Shown here piece by piece: positions 35,618 to 43,872 of a stretch of 44,576 bases of DNA; position 1 is the first letter of the stretch, and each line of letters starts with the position of its first letter. This stretch comes from Candidatus Nealsonbacteria bacterium (GTDB lineage: Bacteria; Patescibacteriota; Minisyncoccia; Minisyncoccales; MHMH01): contig JACOYH010000002.1 in assembly GCA_016181965.1 (NCBI GenBank), forward strand, positions 1 to 44,576. Reading direction: 5' to 3'. The translations under genes were made by a program, and so were the position numbers. The notes under the pieces are model-generated. The model saw nothing but the letters and a program-made list of their open reading frames with translations. It ran no database searches and was not told where the DNA came from.

Positions 35618-35686
35618 ACTTTCCACCCAAAACGCCAAAGCCCTATTTAGGCTGCCATAATAGTTAGTCCGCGCCGTCAATCGCGC

Positions 35687-35748
35687 TTGACGCTTCTTGG
35701 TTTGTGGTGTATACGTATAACATCGCTTAATTCATAAAAAAAAGGAGG
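35687..35748 (+). promoter_or_regulatory. Putative promoter and SD for the 35754 gene
   Basis: TTGACG(35687)-N17-TATACG(35710); AGGAGG at 35743-35748. Confidence 0.6.
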
Positions 35749-35753
35749 CGAGC

Positions 35754-36116
35754 GTGAAAAAGGACGCGCCGGCAGAAAGACAAACAGATTTGACTTACGA
35801 AGAGTTAGTGTTTGCCGTCAGGGCGGGCGGCTACGGGAGGTATCCAACGTGTTTTTTCCTGAACGAATTGCTTGGATTTGTTCGAGCGGGCGATGAAAGG
35901 GTGACCCAACTTTTTTGCGAGCTTCTTGGCGATTCGCAAACACCGCGTCACGATCAATATACGGTATATGTGGGCCTATCTTCGATTCTGAACCCAACCG
36001 AAGAAGTCCAGCGAGTTCTGCGGGACTTCTGCGCCAAGCCAGAAAGTCAGGCGCTGATGCGTCAAGCAGAGTCGGTAATCCAAGAAGAAAGAAGAAGAAT
36101 TCTGGCGGCGCTCTAA
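35754..36116 (+). CDS. Hypothetical protein (orphan, probably helical)
   Basis: GTG start with a strong SD, its own promoter and terminator. No family recognised. Confidence 0.7.
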   Translation: MKKDAPAERQTDLTYEELVFAVRAGGYGRYPTCFFLNELLGFVRAGDERVTQLFCELLGDSQTPRHDQYTVYVGLSSILNPTEEVQRVLRDFCAKPESQALMRQAESVIQEERRRILAAL

Positions 36117-36123
36117 TGCGATC

Positions 36124-36156
36124 AAACCCCGCGGCAATAGCCAAGGGGTTTTTATT
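36124..36156 (+). terminator. Rho-independent terminator
   Basis: AAACCCC...GGC-AATA-GCC...GGGGTTTTTATT. Confidence 0.65.
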
Positions 36157-36174
36157 AAACTTAGGCCAAGAGTG

Positions 36175-36311
36175 AAATACACCGGTGGCACCGGTGTATT
36201 TTAGCGTTTAACTGCGAGATTAGGATGTCCGACATCCACGAGGATGTCCGACATCCACGAAACTGTTTGGTTGAAGCCAGGCTCTAACCGGACAGAGCCT
36301 GGCTTCAACCA
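36175..36311. repeat. Cluster of three unrelated palindromic repeat families
   Basis: AAATACACCGGTG-G-CACCGGTGTATTT (36175-36201); a tandem 19-mer AGGATGTCCGACATCCACG x2 (36222-36259, family C); an 18-bp perfect inverted repeat TGGTTGAAGCCAGGCTCT/AGAGCCTGGCTTCAACCA (36268-36311, family D). Confidence 0.9.
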
Positions 36312-36392
36312 TACGAGTTGCCGCCGTATTTTGAAAAGGTGATTATTTATGGTAAATTGAAGAATATCTATAGGATTATCTATAGCGTATTT

Positions 36393-38822
36393 ATGAATAA
36401 ATATAATCCGCAAAAAATTGAAGCAAAATGGCAGAAAGAGTGGGAGAAGAAAAAGCGGCACGAAACAAAAGATAGGGCAGAAGGCAAGAAGAATTTCTAT
36501 CATCTGGTGATGTTCCCCTACCCCTCGGGCGATCTCCATATTGGCCATTGGTACAACTTTGCTCCAGCCGACGTTTACGCCCGCTTTAAGAAAATGCAGG
36601 GTTTTAACGTTATGTCGCCGATTGGCTTTGACGCTTTTGGCTTGCCCGCGGAAAATGCGGCCATTAAGAGGGGCATCCATCCAAGGGACTGGACCGAAAA
36701 AAACATCAAGAAAATGCGAAAGCAGCTTCAGTCCATGGGCAATATGTATGATTGGTCGAGGGAGGTTGTTACCTGCGAGCCAGAGTATTACAAATGGACC
36801 CAATGGATGTTTTTGCAGTTATATAAAAAGGGACTTGCTTATAAGGCCAAAGTGCCGGCCAATTTTTGCCCCTCGTGTAAAACTGTTTTAGCCAACGAGC
36901 AGGTCGCGGGAGGAAAATGCGAAAGGTGCGATTCGGAGGTAATCCAAAAAGAAATTAATCAATGGATGTTTAAGATATCTGATTACGCCGAACGGCTTCT
37001 CAAAGAGATTGACGATTTGGACTGGCCAGAGACCACCAAAATAATGCAAAAAAATTGGATTGGCAAGTCAGAGGGATACAATATTAAATTCGAAATTCCT
37101 GCCTGCTCCGGCGAAATTCCCGTGTTTACAACGCGGGTCGATACGCTGTTTGGCTGCACATATTTGGTGCTCGCTCCGGAACATCCGTTTATTGAAAACC
37201 ATCAAGCCGAAATCACAAATTATAAATTTGTTGAGCAGTACATTGAATCCTCAAAGAAAAAAACTGAACGCGATAGAATTTCCGAAATGGGCGAGAAAAC
37301 CGGAGTTTGCCTTGAGGGCGTTAAAGCCGTGAATCCGGTTAATGGTCGGGAAATACCCATTTTTGTTGCCGATTATGTGCTTTTCCATTATGGCACGGGA
37401 GCCGTCATGGCAGTGCCGGCTCACGACCAGCGCGATTTTGAATTCGCCCAAAAATACAATTTGCCGATTAAAATGGTCATCTGTCCCAATTATCCCAAAA
37501 ATATTTGCCCGATTTTAGACCGGGCCTTTGAAGACGAGGGCTTTTTGGTTGATTCAGACAGGTTTACCGGCATGCCTTCAAAAGAAGCAAGGCAAAGAAT
37601 CGGCGAGTGGCTGGAAAGCCGAAAAAAGGCAGAGAAGAAAATTTACTACCGCCTGCGGGACTGGCTCATTTCTCGACAAAGGTATTGGGGAGCGCCAATT
37701 CCCATGATTCTCTGTCAGCAATGTGGCTGGCAGCCGGTTGATGAGAAAGACCTGCCTGTTCTTCTGCCTGCCCTGAAGGATTTCCGGCCTACGGGTGAGG
37801 GAAAATCACCCCTGGCCAAGGCCGATAAGTTTGTCAGCGTCGCTTGCCCGAAATGCGGAGGGCAAGCCGAACGCGAAACCGATACTATGGATACTTTTGT
37901 TTGTTCTTCTTGGTATTTTTTCCGCTACGCCGATCCGCGCAATAAAGAAATGTTTGCCAGCAAAGAAAAATTAAATGCCTGGCTGCCCGTTAATATGTAT
38001 ATCGGCGGAGCCGAGCACTCGGTTTTGCATCTGCTTTACTCAAGATTTTTCACCAAAGCCATGCAAGACCAAAATTTCATTGATTTTGCCGAGCCCTTTT
38101 TACGGCTCCGTCATCAGGGAATTATTTTGGGCCCGGACGGCCAAAAAATGTCAAAGTCGCGGGGCAATGTAGTTGATCCCGACGAGCAGGTGAAAAAGTA
38201 CGGCGCAGACGCGGTCAGAATGTATCTTTGTTTTATGGGTCCCTACAATCAAGGCGGGCCTTGGAATCCCAATGGACTGGTGGGCATTCAGAGATTTTTA
38301 CAGAGAACATGGGATATTATAAACTCAAAGACCAAAGCAAAAACTGAAAACCAATATATAGAAATAGAAAAACTTTTACATAAAACCATCAAAAAAGTCA
38401 CCGAAGACATAGAGGGGCTAAGATTTAATACAGCCGTGTCTTCTTTAATGATATTAATCAATGAAATATCAAAACAACCAGAGGCATTGAAAATCGAAAA
38501 TTGGAAGTCGATAGTTCAATTAATGGCGCCCTTTGTGCCTCATTTTGCCGAAGAATTATGGCAACAGCTTGACTTCAAGGATTCCGTTCACAGCCAGTCG
38601 TGGCCGGTTTACGACTCCGGATTAGTTAAAGAAAAAACGGCGCTCATTATTGTTCAGGTTAATGGCCGCGTCCGGGACAAAATTGAGGTGCCGGCCGATC
38701 TGCCCGAGGGGCAGATTAGAGACCTTGCTTTTTCCAGTAAAAAAGCGCAGAATTGGATAGATGGGAAAAAGCCAAAGAAGATAATATTCGTGCCAAATAA
38801 GCTCATCAATATTGTAATTTAG
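36393..38822 (+). CDS. leuS: Leucine--tRNA ligase
   Basis: MFPYPSGDLHIGH, DAFGLPAENAA, SRQRYWG, GGAEHSVLHLLY, KMSKS. Start reassigned to ATG 36393. Confidence 0.97.
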   Translation: MNKYNPQKIEAKWQKEWEKKKRHETKDRAEGKKNFYHLVMFPYPSGDLHIGHWYNFAPADVYARFKKMQGFNVMSPIGFDAFGLPAENAAIKRGIHPRDWTEKNIKKMRKQLQSMGNMYDWSREVVTCEPEYYKWTQWMFLQLYKKGLAYKAKVPANFCPSCKTVLANEQVAGGKCERCDSEVIQKEINQWMFKISDYAERLLKEIDDLDWPETTKIMQKNWIGKSEGYNIKFEIPACSGEIPVFTTRVDTLFGCTYLVLAPEHPFIENHQAEITNYKFVEQYIESSKKKTERDRISEMGEKTGVCLEGVKAVNPVNGREIPIFVADYVLFHYGTGAVMAVPAHDQRDFEFAQKYNLPIKMVICPNYPKNICPILDRAFEDEGFLVDSDRFTGMPSKEARQRIGEWLESRKKAEKKIYYRLRDWLISRQRYWGAPIPMILCQQCGWQPVDEKDLPVLLPALKDFRPTGEGKSPLAKADKFVSVACPKCGGQAERETDTMDTFVCSSWYFFRYADPRNKEMFASKEKLNAWLPVNMYIGGAEHSVLHLLYSRFFTKAMQDQNFIDFAEPFLRLRHQGIILGPDGQKMSKSRGNVVDPDEQVKKYGADAVRMYLCFMGPYNQGGPWNPNGLVGIQRFLQRTWDIINSKTKAKTENQYIEIEKLLHKTIKKVTEDIEGLRFNTAVSSLMILINEISKQPEALKIENWKSIVQLMAPFVPHFAEELWQQLDFKDSVHSQSWPVYDSGLVKEKTALIIVQVNGRVRDKIEVPADLPEGQIRDLAFSSKKAQNWIDGKKPKKIIFVPNKLINIVI

Positions 38823-38823
38823 C

Positions 38824-40650
38824 ATGTGCGGCATAGTTGGCTATATCGGCAAGCAAAGAGATATTAAAGTTGGTTTGGCGGCCCTGAAGCGGCTGGAATA
38901 CCGAGGGTATGATTCAGCCGGGCTGGCCGTTTTTGATTCGGCCAAAAATCAAGTGCTCTGCGTTAAAACCATAGGCAGAATAGAGGCATTGGAAAATGAA
39001 ATCGCCAACAGCGGGTTGCAGCTCAACGGCAGTCCTGCTCTTTTCCATACCAGATGGGCCACTCACGGCGGCGTAACGCAGGCCAATGCCCACCCCCATC
39101 ACGACTGCAAGGGAAATATTTGGCTCGTGCATAATGGGATAATTGAAAATTATAAAGAATTGAAAGAAATGTTGGAAGGCGAGGGCCATAAATTTTTGTC
39201 AGAAACCGATACCGAAGTCGCCGCTCATTTGATAGAGAAATTTTTTAACGGCAATCTCGAGGAAGCCGTTAGAAAAGCAATTAAATTAATAAAGGGAGCT
39301 TACGCTCTGGCCGTCATTTCCCGCGACGATCCCCAAAAACTTATTGCCGCTCGTCTTTCCAGTCCCTTGATCGTTGGTATTTCTGAGCATGACGGGTATA
39401 TTGTGGCTTCCGACTCTGCGGCGGTTGCCCTGTATGCCAAGCAAATCGTTCAATTGGAGGATAATGAAATTGCCGTGATGAACTCGCATGATTTTTACAT
39501 ACTTAAAGAAAAGCAGCCCGAAGACCTAGAAATGACCGCCCAAGACATTCAAAAGGGAAACTATCCGCATTACATGCTGAAAGAAATCATGGAACAGCCG
39601 GAGGCCCTCGAAAACTCCCTAAAAGGCCGTCTGATTGTTAATGAGGGACTGGCTAAGCTTGGCGGTTTGCAAAATGTGGCCGATCAACTCTTAAAAATAA
39701 AGCGTTTGCGAATTGTTGCCTGCGGCACGGCTTTTCACGCCGCCATGATAGGCAAATATATGCTAGAGGAATATGCCGGCATTCCGACAGAAGTTGATAT
39801 TGCTTCCGAGTTTAGATACCGAAAACCGATTCTTGAAGAGAATTCGGCGTTTTTGTGCGTTTCCCAGTCGGGCGAAACAGCCGATACCTTGGCCGCTTTG
39901 CGAGAAGCGAAGAGAAGGGGCATTTTAACTTTGGGCATTGTCAACGCCGTCGGCTCGAGTATCGTTCGAGAAACGGACGCGGGAATTTATAATCACATCG
40001 GCCCGGAAATTGGAGTGGCGGCCACCAAATCATTTCTCTCGCAGCTGTCGGTTTTGGCTCTCTTGACCATCTATCTGGGCAGACAAAGAAATTTGAGCGT
40101 GATCAAGGGGCAAAGAATCGCCGGCGATCTTCAGGTATTGCCAAATCTTGTGGGAGAGATTTTACAAAAGAGCGATGAAATCAAGGCCTTGGCAGAGAAA
40201 TATTCAAAATACAATAATTTTATTTTCTTGGGCAGAAAATATAATTATCCCATTGCGCTGGAGGGAGCCCTTAAATTAAAAGAAATTGCCTATTATATCC
40301 ATGCCGAAGGTTATCCGGGCGGTGAAATGAAGCATGGCCCCTTGGCGCTGACCGACGAAAATCTCCCGTTCCTTTTTATTGTTCCCTCGGATAGCGTTTA
40401 TGAAAAAATGCTTTCCAACATCGAGGAGGTCAAGGCAAGGGGCGGTAAGACCATAGCCATAGCCACCGAAGGCGATGAAAAGATAAGAGAATTAGTTGAT
40501 GATGTTGTTTATATACCAAAAACCTCGGAAATGCTGACGCCTATTTTGAGCGCCGTGCCTCTTCAGCTCTTTGCTTATCATATGGGGGTTTTGAGGGGTT
40601 GCGATGTGGATAAGCCCAGAAATTTAGCGAAGTCAGTAACTGTAGAGTAA
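38824..40650 (+). CDS. glmS: Glutamine--fructose-6-phosphate transaminase
   Basis: MCGIVG, EYRGYDSAG, HTRWATHG, SQSGETADT, PRNLAKSVTVE. Confidence 0.98.
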   Translation: MCGIVGYIGKQRDIKVGLAALKRLEYRGYDSAGLAVFDSAKNQVLCVKTIGRIEALENEIANSGLQLNGSPALFHTRWATHGGVTQANAHPHHDCKGNIWLVHNGIIENYKELKEMLEGEGHKFLSETDTEVAAHLIEKFFNGNLEEAVRKAIKLIKGAYALAVISRDDPQKLIAARLSSPLIVGISEHDGYIVASDSAAVALYAKQIVQLEDNEIAVMNSHDFYILKEKQPEDLEMTAQDIQKGNYPHYMLKEIMEQPEALENSLKGRLIVNEGLAKLGGLQNVADQLLKIKRLRIVACGTAFHAAMIGKYMLEEYAGIPTEVDIASEFRYRKPILEENSAFLCVSQSGETADTLAALREAKRRGILTLGIVNAVGSSIVRETDAGIYNHIGPEIGVAATKSFLSQLSVLALLTIYLGRQRNLSVIKGQRIAGDLQVLPNLVGEILQKSDEIKALAEKYSKYNNFIFLGRKYNYPIALEGALKLKEIAYYIHAEGYPGGEMKHGPLALTDENLPFLFIVPSDSVYEKMLSNIEEVKARGGKTIAIATEGDEKIRELVDDVVYIPKTSEMLTPILSAVPLQLFAYHMGVLRGCDVDKPRNLAKSVTVE

Positions 40651-40657
40651 ATTTTAT

Positions 40658-42313
40658 ATGGAAGAAATTTTATCAAATCAATCGGGGAAAAAGGTAATTC
40701 TGCTTGGCAATGACGCTGTGGCACGGGGCGCTTTGGAGGCGGGAGTGCAGTTTGTTGCCACGTATCCGGGCACGCCGGCCTCGGAAATCGGCAATACTTT
40801 TTACCGCATTGCCCAAAAGGCAAAAGTGCATTTTGAGTTTTCAACTAATGAAAAGTTGGCCATGGAAGCTGGCGTGGGGGCGTCGTTTGCCGGACTGAAG
40901 ACATTAGTCGCCATGAAAAATTTTGGTTTGAATGTGGCAATCGAAGCGCTGCTGCCTTTTGTTTATACGGGGGTTAAGGGACCCACTGTTGTTATGGTTT
41001 CTGACGACCCTTCGTGCTACAGCTCGGCCCAAACAGAGGAGAATACCCGGGCTTTTTCTTATTTGGCGCGTATTCCGACCCTCGAGCCCGCAGACGTTGC
41101 AGAATGCAAAGAGTTTACTAAACTGGCGTTTGAAATTTCGGAAAAATTCAAAGTACCGGTTCTTTTGCGCCTGACAACAAGAGTGTCGCACCAAAAAATG
41201 CCGATCGTGCTTGGGCAAGTAACCACCAATACATCCCTAGTCAAGGGCAAGTTTGTAAAAGACGCGCGTCAGTTTGTGACTATGCCGCCGCGTGTTTTAG
41301 AAATGAAAGAAGAGCTTTTACAGAAAAATAAAGAGATAAGGAAATTTTTTGAAAAAAGCAAAATCAATAAATTTGAAAAGGCCGCCCCGTCTGGCGCGGG
41401 CATAATTGTTTCCGGCGTTGCTTATTTATATGTGCGCGAGGCGTTGGCGCAACTCAATCTTGCTTTGCCTGTTTTGAAAATCGGCTCTTTTTATCCCTTT
41501 CCCAAACAAACAGCGCAGAAATTTATTAAGACGCTTAAAAAGGTTTTGGTTGTTGAGGAGCTTGACCCATATTTGGCAAAAGAAGTTAAAGAGGCGGCCC
41601 AAGAGACAAAATGCAAGGCGAGAATTTTTTCTAAAGAATGGCTGCCCGAAACCGGCGAACTGAATACCGACATCGTGGCTTTGGCCGTTGCTAAGCTGGC
41701 CGGCAGACGGTATCAGCTGCCAAGCATAAAACACCAGATTCCCGATTTAAAAAGAAGGCCGCAACTTTGCCCGGGCTGTCCCTACTGGCTGGTTTTTGCC
41801 GGAGTCAAAAAGGCCGTAAATGAAAAGGAAGTTGTTTTCGGAGGCGACATCGGCTGTTATATGCTGGCCGGCGGCGCTCCCCATTTTTTGCAGGATTATC
41901 TTTCTTGTATGGGGTCGTCCATTGGCATTGCTCACGGCATAAAAAAGGCGACCGGGCAAAAGCTAATAAGTTTTATTGGCGACGGCACTTTCTTTCATGC
42001 GGGCATTCCCGCTCTGATTAATACGGTCTACAATGGCTCCAACCCTCTGATTATTATTTTGGATAACCGAACCACCGCCATGACCGGGCACCAGCCCAAT
42101 CCCAGTGTTCCCGGTTCGAATATATCTTCCAGCGTGGCGATAGAAGACGTTGCGCGAGGGTGCGGGGTAAAACATCTTAAAGTTATTGATCCGGTCATGC
42201 AAGACGAGTTTATCAAAACGATTCGGGAGTTTATTACCAAGCCCGAGGTGTCGGTAATCATTGCGCGCCGCCCTTGTATTTTTGTAAAACCAAAAGATGA
42301 ACAAAAAAATTAA
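40658..42313 (+). CDS. iorA: Indolepyruvate:ferredoxin oxidoreductase alpha subunit-like (no C-terminal ferredoxin domain)
   Basis: LLGNDAVARG, YPGTPASEI, NEKLA, LCPGCP, GDIGCY, GDGTFFHAG, DNRTTAMTGHQP. Confidence 0.88.
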   Translation: MEEILSNQSGKKVILLGNDAVARGALEAGVQFVATYPGTPASEIGNTFYRIAQKAKVHFEFSTNEKLAMEAGVGASFAGLKTLVAMKNFGLNVAIEALLPFVYTGVKGPTVVMVSDDPSCYSSAQTEENTRAFSYLARIPTLEPADVAECKEFTKLAFEISEKFKVPVLLRLTTRVSHQKMPIVLGQVTTNTSLVKGKFVKDARQFVTMPPRVLEMKEELLQKNKEIRKFFEKSKINKFEKAAPSGAGIIVSGVAYLYVREALAQLNLALPVLKIGSFYPFPKQTAQKFIKTLKKVLVVEELDPYLAKEVKEAAQETKCKARIFSKEWLPETGELNTDIVALAVAKLAGRRYQLPSIKHQIPDLKRRPQLCPGCPYWLVFAGVKKAVNEKEVVFGGDIGCYMLAGGAPHFLQDYLSCMGSSIGIAHGIKKATGQKLISFIGDGTFFHAGIPALINTVYNGSNPLIIILDNRTTAMTGHQPNPSVPGSNISSSVAIEDVARGCGVKHLKVIDPVMQDEFIKTIREFITKPEVSVIIARRPCIFVKPKDEQKN

Positions 42314-42890
42314 ACCATACAATATTGTCATTGTCGGAACTGGAGGACAAGGGCTGATTACTCTTTTACAGGTGCTGGCGGAGGCCGCCATGGCCGAGGG
42401 CCATGATTTTAAGACGTCAGAACTTCATGGCTTGTCCCAGCGGGGCGGTTCGGTAGAAGTGCATGTGCGCCTTGGCGCGAAGGTTCATTCGCCGATTGTG
42501 CCGCTGGCAAAGGCCGATTTGATTTTTGCATTAGAAGCGCAGGAGGCCCTGCGAGCGATAAAGTTTAGCCATCCCAAAAGCATTTTCCTGATTAATAAGC
42601 AAATCATTCCCATACCCTTGCAAAAAGCCCTGACCGGAGAAGAAATTATGAACCATGTGAAAAAAACCAGTAAAGCAGCAAAATTGGTGCCGGCTTTCGA
42701 GATTTGCAAAGAAAAGCTCGGAAAGGGCGTAACCTCCGGTATTTATTTGATAAGCTTGGCTGTCTCGAGAGGATTTTTGCCGTTGTCTCCCGAAGCAGTG
42801 TTAGGGGCCATGAAAAAAGTGATGCCCGAGAAATATTTGGCTTTAAACATTAAAACATTCGATCTGGCTAAGACCTATGAAGAAAAATAA
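42297..42890 (+). CDS. iorB: Indolepyruvate oxidoreductase beta subunit
   Basis: GTGGQG, SELHGLSQRGGSV, EALR. Confidence 0.88.
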   Translation: MNKKIKPYNIVIVGTGGQGLITLLQVLAEAAMAEGHDFKTSELHGLSQRGGSVEVHVRLGAKVHSPIVPLAKADLIFALEAQEALRAIKFSHPKSIFLINKQIIPIPLQKALTGEEIMNHVKKTSKAAKLVPAFEICKEKLGKGVTSGIYLISLAVSRGFLPLSPEAVLGAMKKVMPEKYLALNIKTFDLAKTYEEK

Positions 42891-43872
42891 AAAGGCCTGC
42901 CCTGAGCAAAGTCGAAGGGTTGTTTGTTTGGGAGGAGGCAACGCTATGCCCAAGGTAGTGATAGGAGGTCTCAAAAAATATCCCGTTAAAATATCGGCGA
43001 TTTCGGCAATGCTGGACAGCGGCGGTTCGGCTGGCAGGGAAAGGAAGGAGTATCAAACCCAAGTGGCTTTCGGCGATTTCCGCAGGGCGGCTCTTGCCCT
43101 ATCAGAGAGCAGTCAGAAAGACAAGGACCGTTTTGCTTATCGATATAAGTCGGGCCCTTTGGCCGGCCATGTTATGGCCAATATGTATTGCTCAACCGGC
43201 GCCATGATGACGTTTGACGGAAAATTTGAAAAGGCCATTGAAGATTTAGTAGAAGACATCAGGGATGATTTAAAAATTTCGCCGCAGCACAAGGTATTGC
43301 CATCGACATTAGATAATGCCCATTTGGCGGCTGAACTGGAAGACGGAACAATGGTTTTAGGAGAAGCGAATATTGATGTCCCAAGGCACGAGGGAGCGCT
43401 CAAAATTAAAAAGGTCTTTTTAACGCCGAAAGCCAAGGCCTATCCAAAAGCCGTTCAAGAAATTAACAAGGCGGACCTGATAGTCATCGGCCCGGGCGAC
43501 CTCTATTCTTCACTCGCCCAGATTTTACTGGTAGACGGCATAGCGGCGGCGATTAGAAAGAGTCGGGCAAAAAAGGTTTACATCTGCAACATAATGACAA
43601 AGCACGGCGAAACCAATAACTTTTCGGTTGCTGATTTCGCCGGTGAAATAGAAAAAATGCTGGGATCGGAATTGGACTACGTGCTTTACAACACCGCAGT
43701 TCCCGATAATGAGACCTTGCGAAATTCTAAACGAACACATAGGGCATTATTGGCGCCGGTTGCTTTTGCTAAAGATCTCCCCATGGCCAAGTTTCTCGGA
43801 AGGCGCTTGTTGAGCCGGGGGACAATCGAACACGACGCGGCAAAAATAGCCAAGGCCCTGCTTGTTTTATGA
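42877..43872 (+). CDS. YvcK/GlmR (UPF0052, CofD-like) family protein
   Basis: LGGGN, DSGGSAG, GDFRR, IGPGDLYSS, NIMTKHGET. Confidence 0.9.
   Translation: MKKNKKACPEQSRRVVCLGGGNAMPKVVIGGLKKYPVKISAISAMLDSGGSAGRERKEYQTQVAFGDFRRAALALSESSQKDKDRFAYRYKSGPLAGHVMANMYCSTGAMMTFDGKFEKAIEDLVEDIRDDLKISPQHKVLPSTLDNAHLAAELEDGTMVLGEANIDVPRHEGALKIKKVFLTPKAKAYPKAVQEINKADLIVIGPGDLYSSLAQILLVDGIAAAIRKSRAKKVYICNIMTKHGETNNFSVADFAGEIEKMLGSELDYVLYNTAVPDNETLRNSKRTHRALLAPVAFAKDLPMAKFLGRRLLSRGTIEHDAAKIAKALLVL
42895..42919 (+). repeat. Family-E element GCCTGCCCTGAGCAAAGTCGAAGGG in frame at the yvcK N-terminus
   Basis: Encodes ACPEQSRR between KKNKK and VVCLGGG. Confidence 0.65.

Larger units (their letters stand above)
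34575..35660. mobile_element. Putative non-autonomous cassette integrated in the tatD 3' end
   Basis: 17-bp direct repeat CCACCCAAAACGCCAAA at 34575-34591 and 35623-35639. The right copy continues as an alternative tatD C-terminus (TQNAKALFRLP*). Family-A palindromes lie just inside both ends. No integrase is present. Confidence 0.65.

Noticed and set aside
36222-36259. Tandem 19-mers as a mini-CRISPR
   Set aside because: Only two abutting copies with no spacer; they belong to dispersed palindrome family C.
36201-36803. 200-aa minus-strand ORF, and the many other short antisense or alternate-frame ORFs in the track
   Set aside because: They are shadows of well-supported genes (here leuS) or run through repeats, and have no recognisable motifs.
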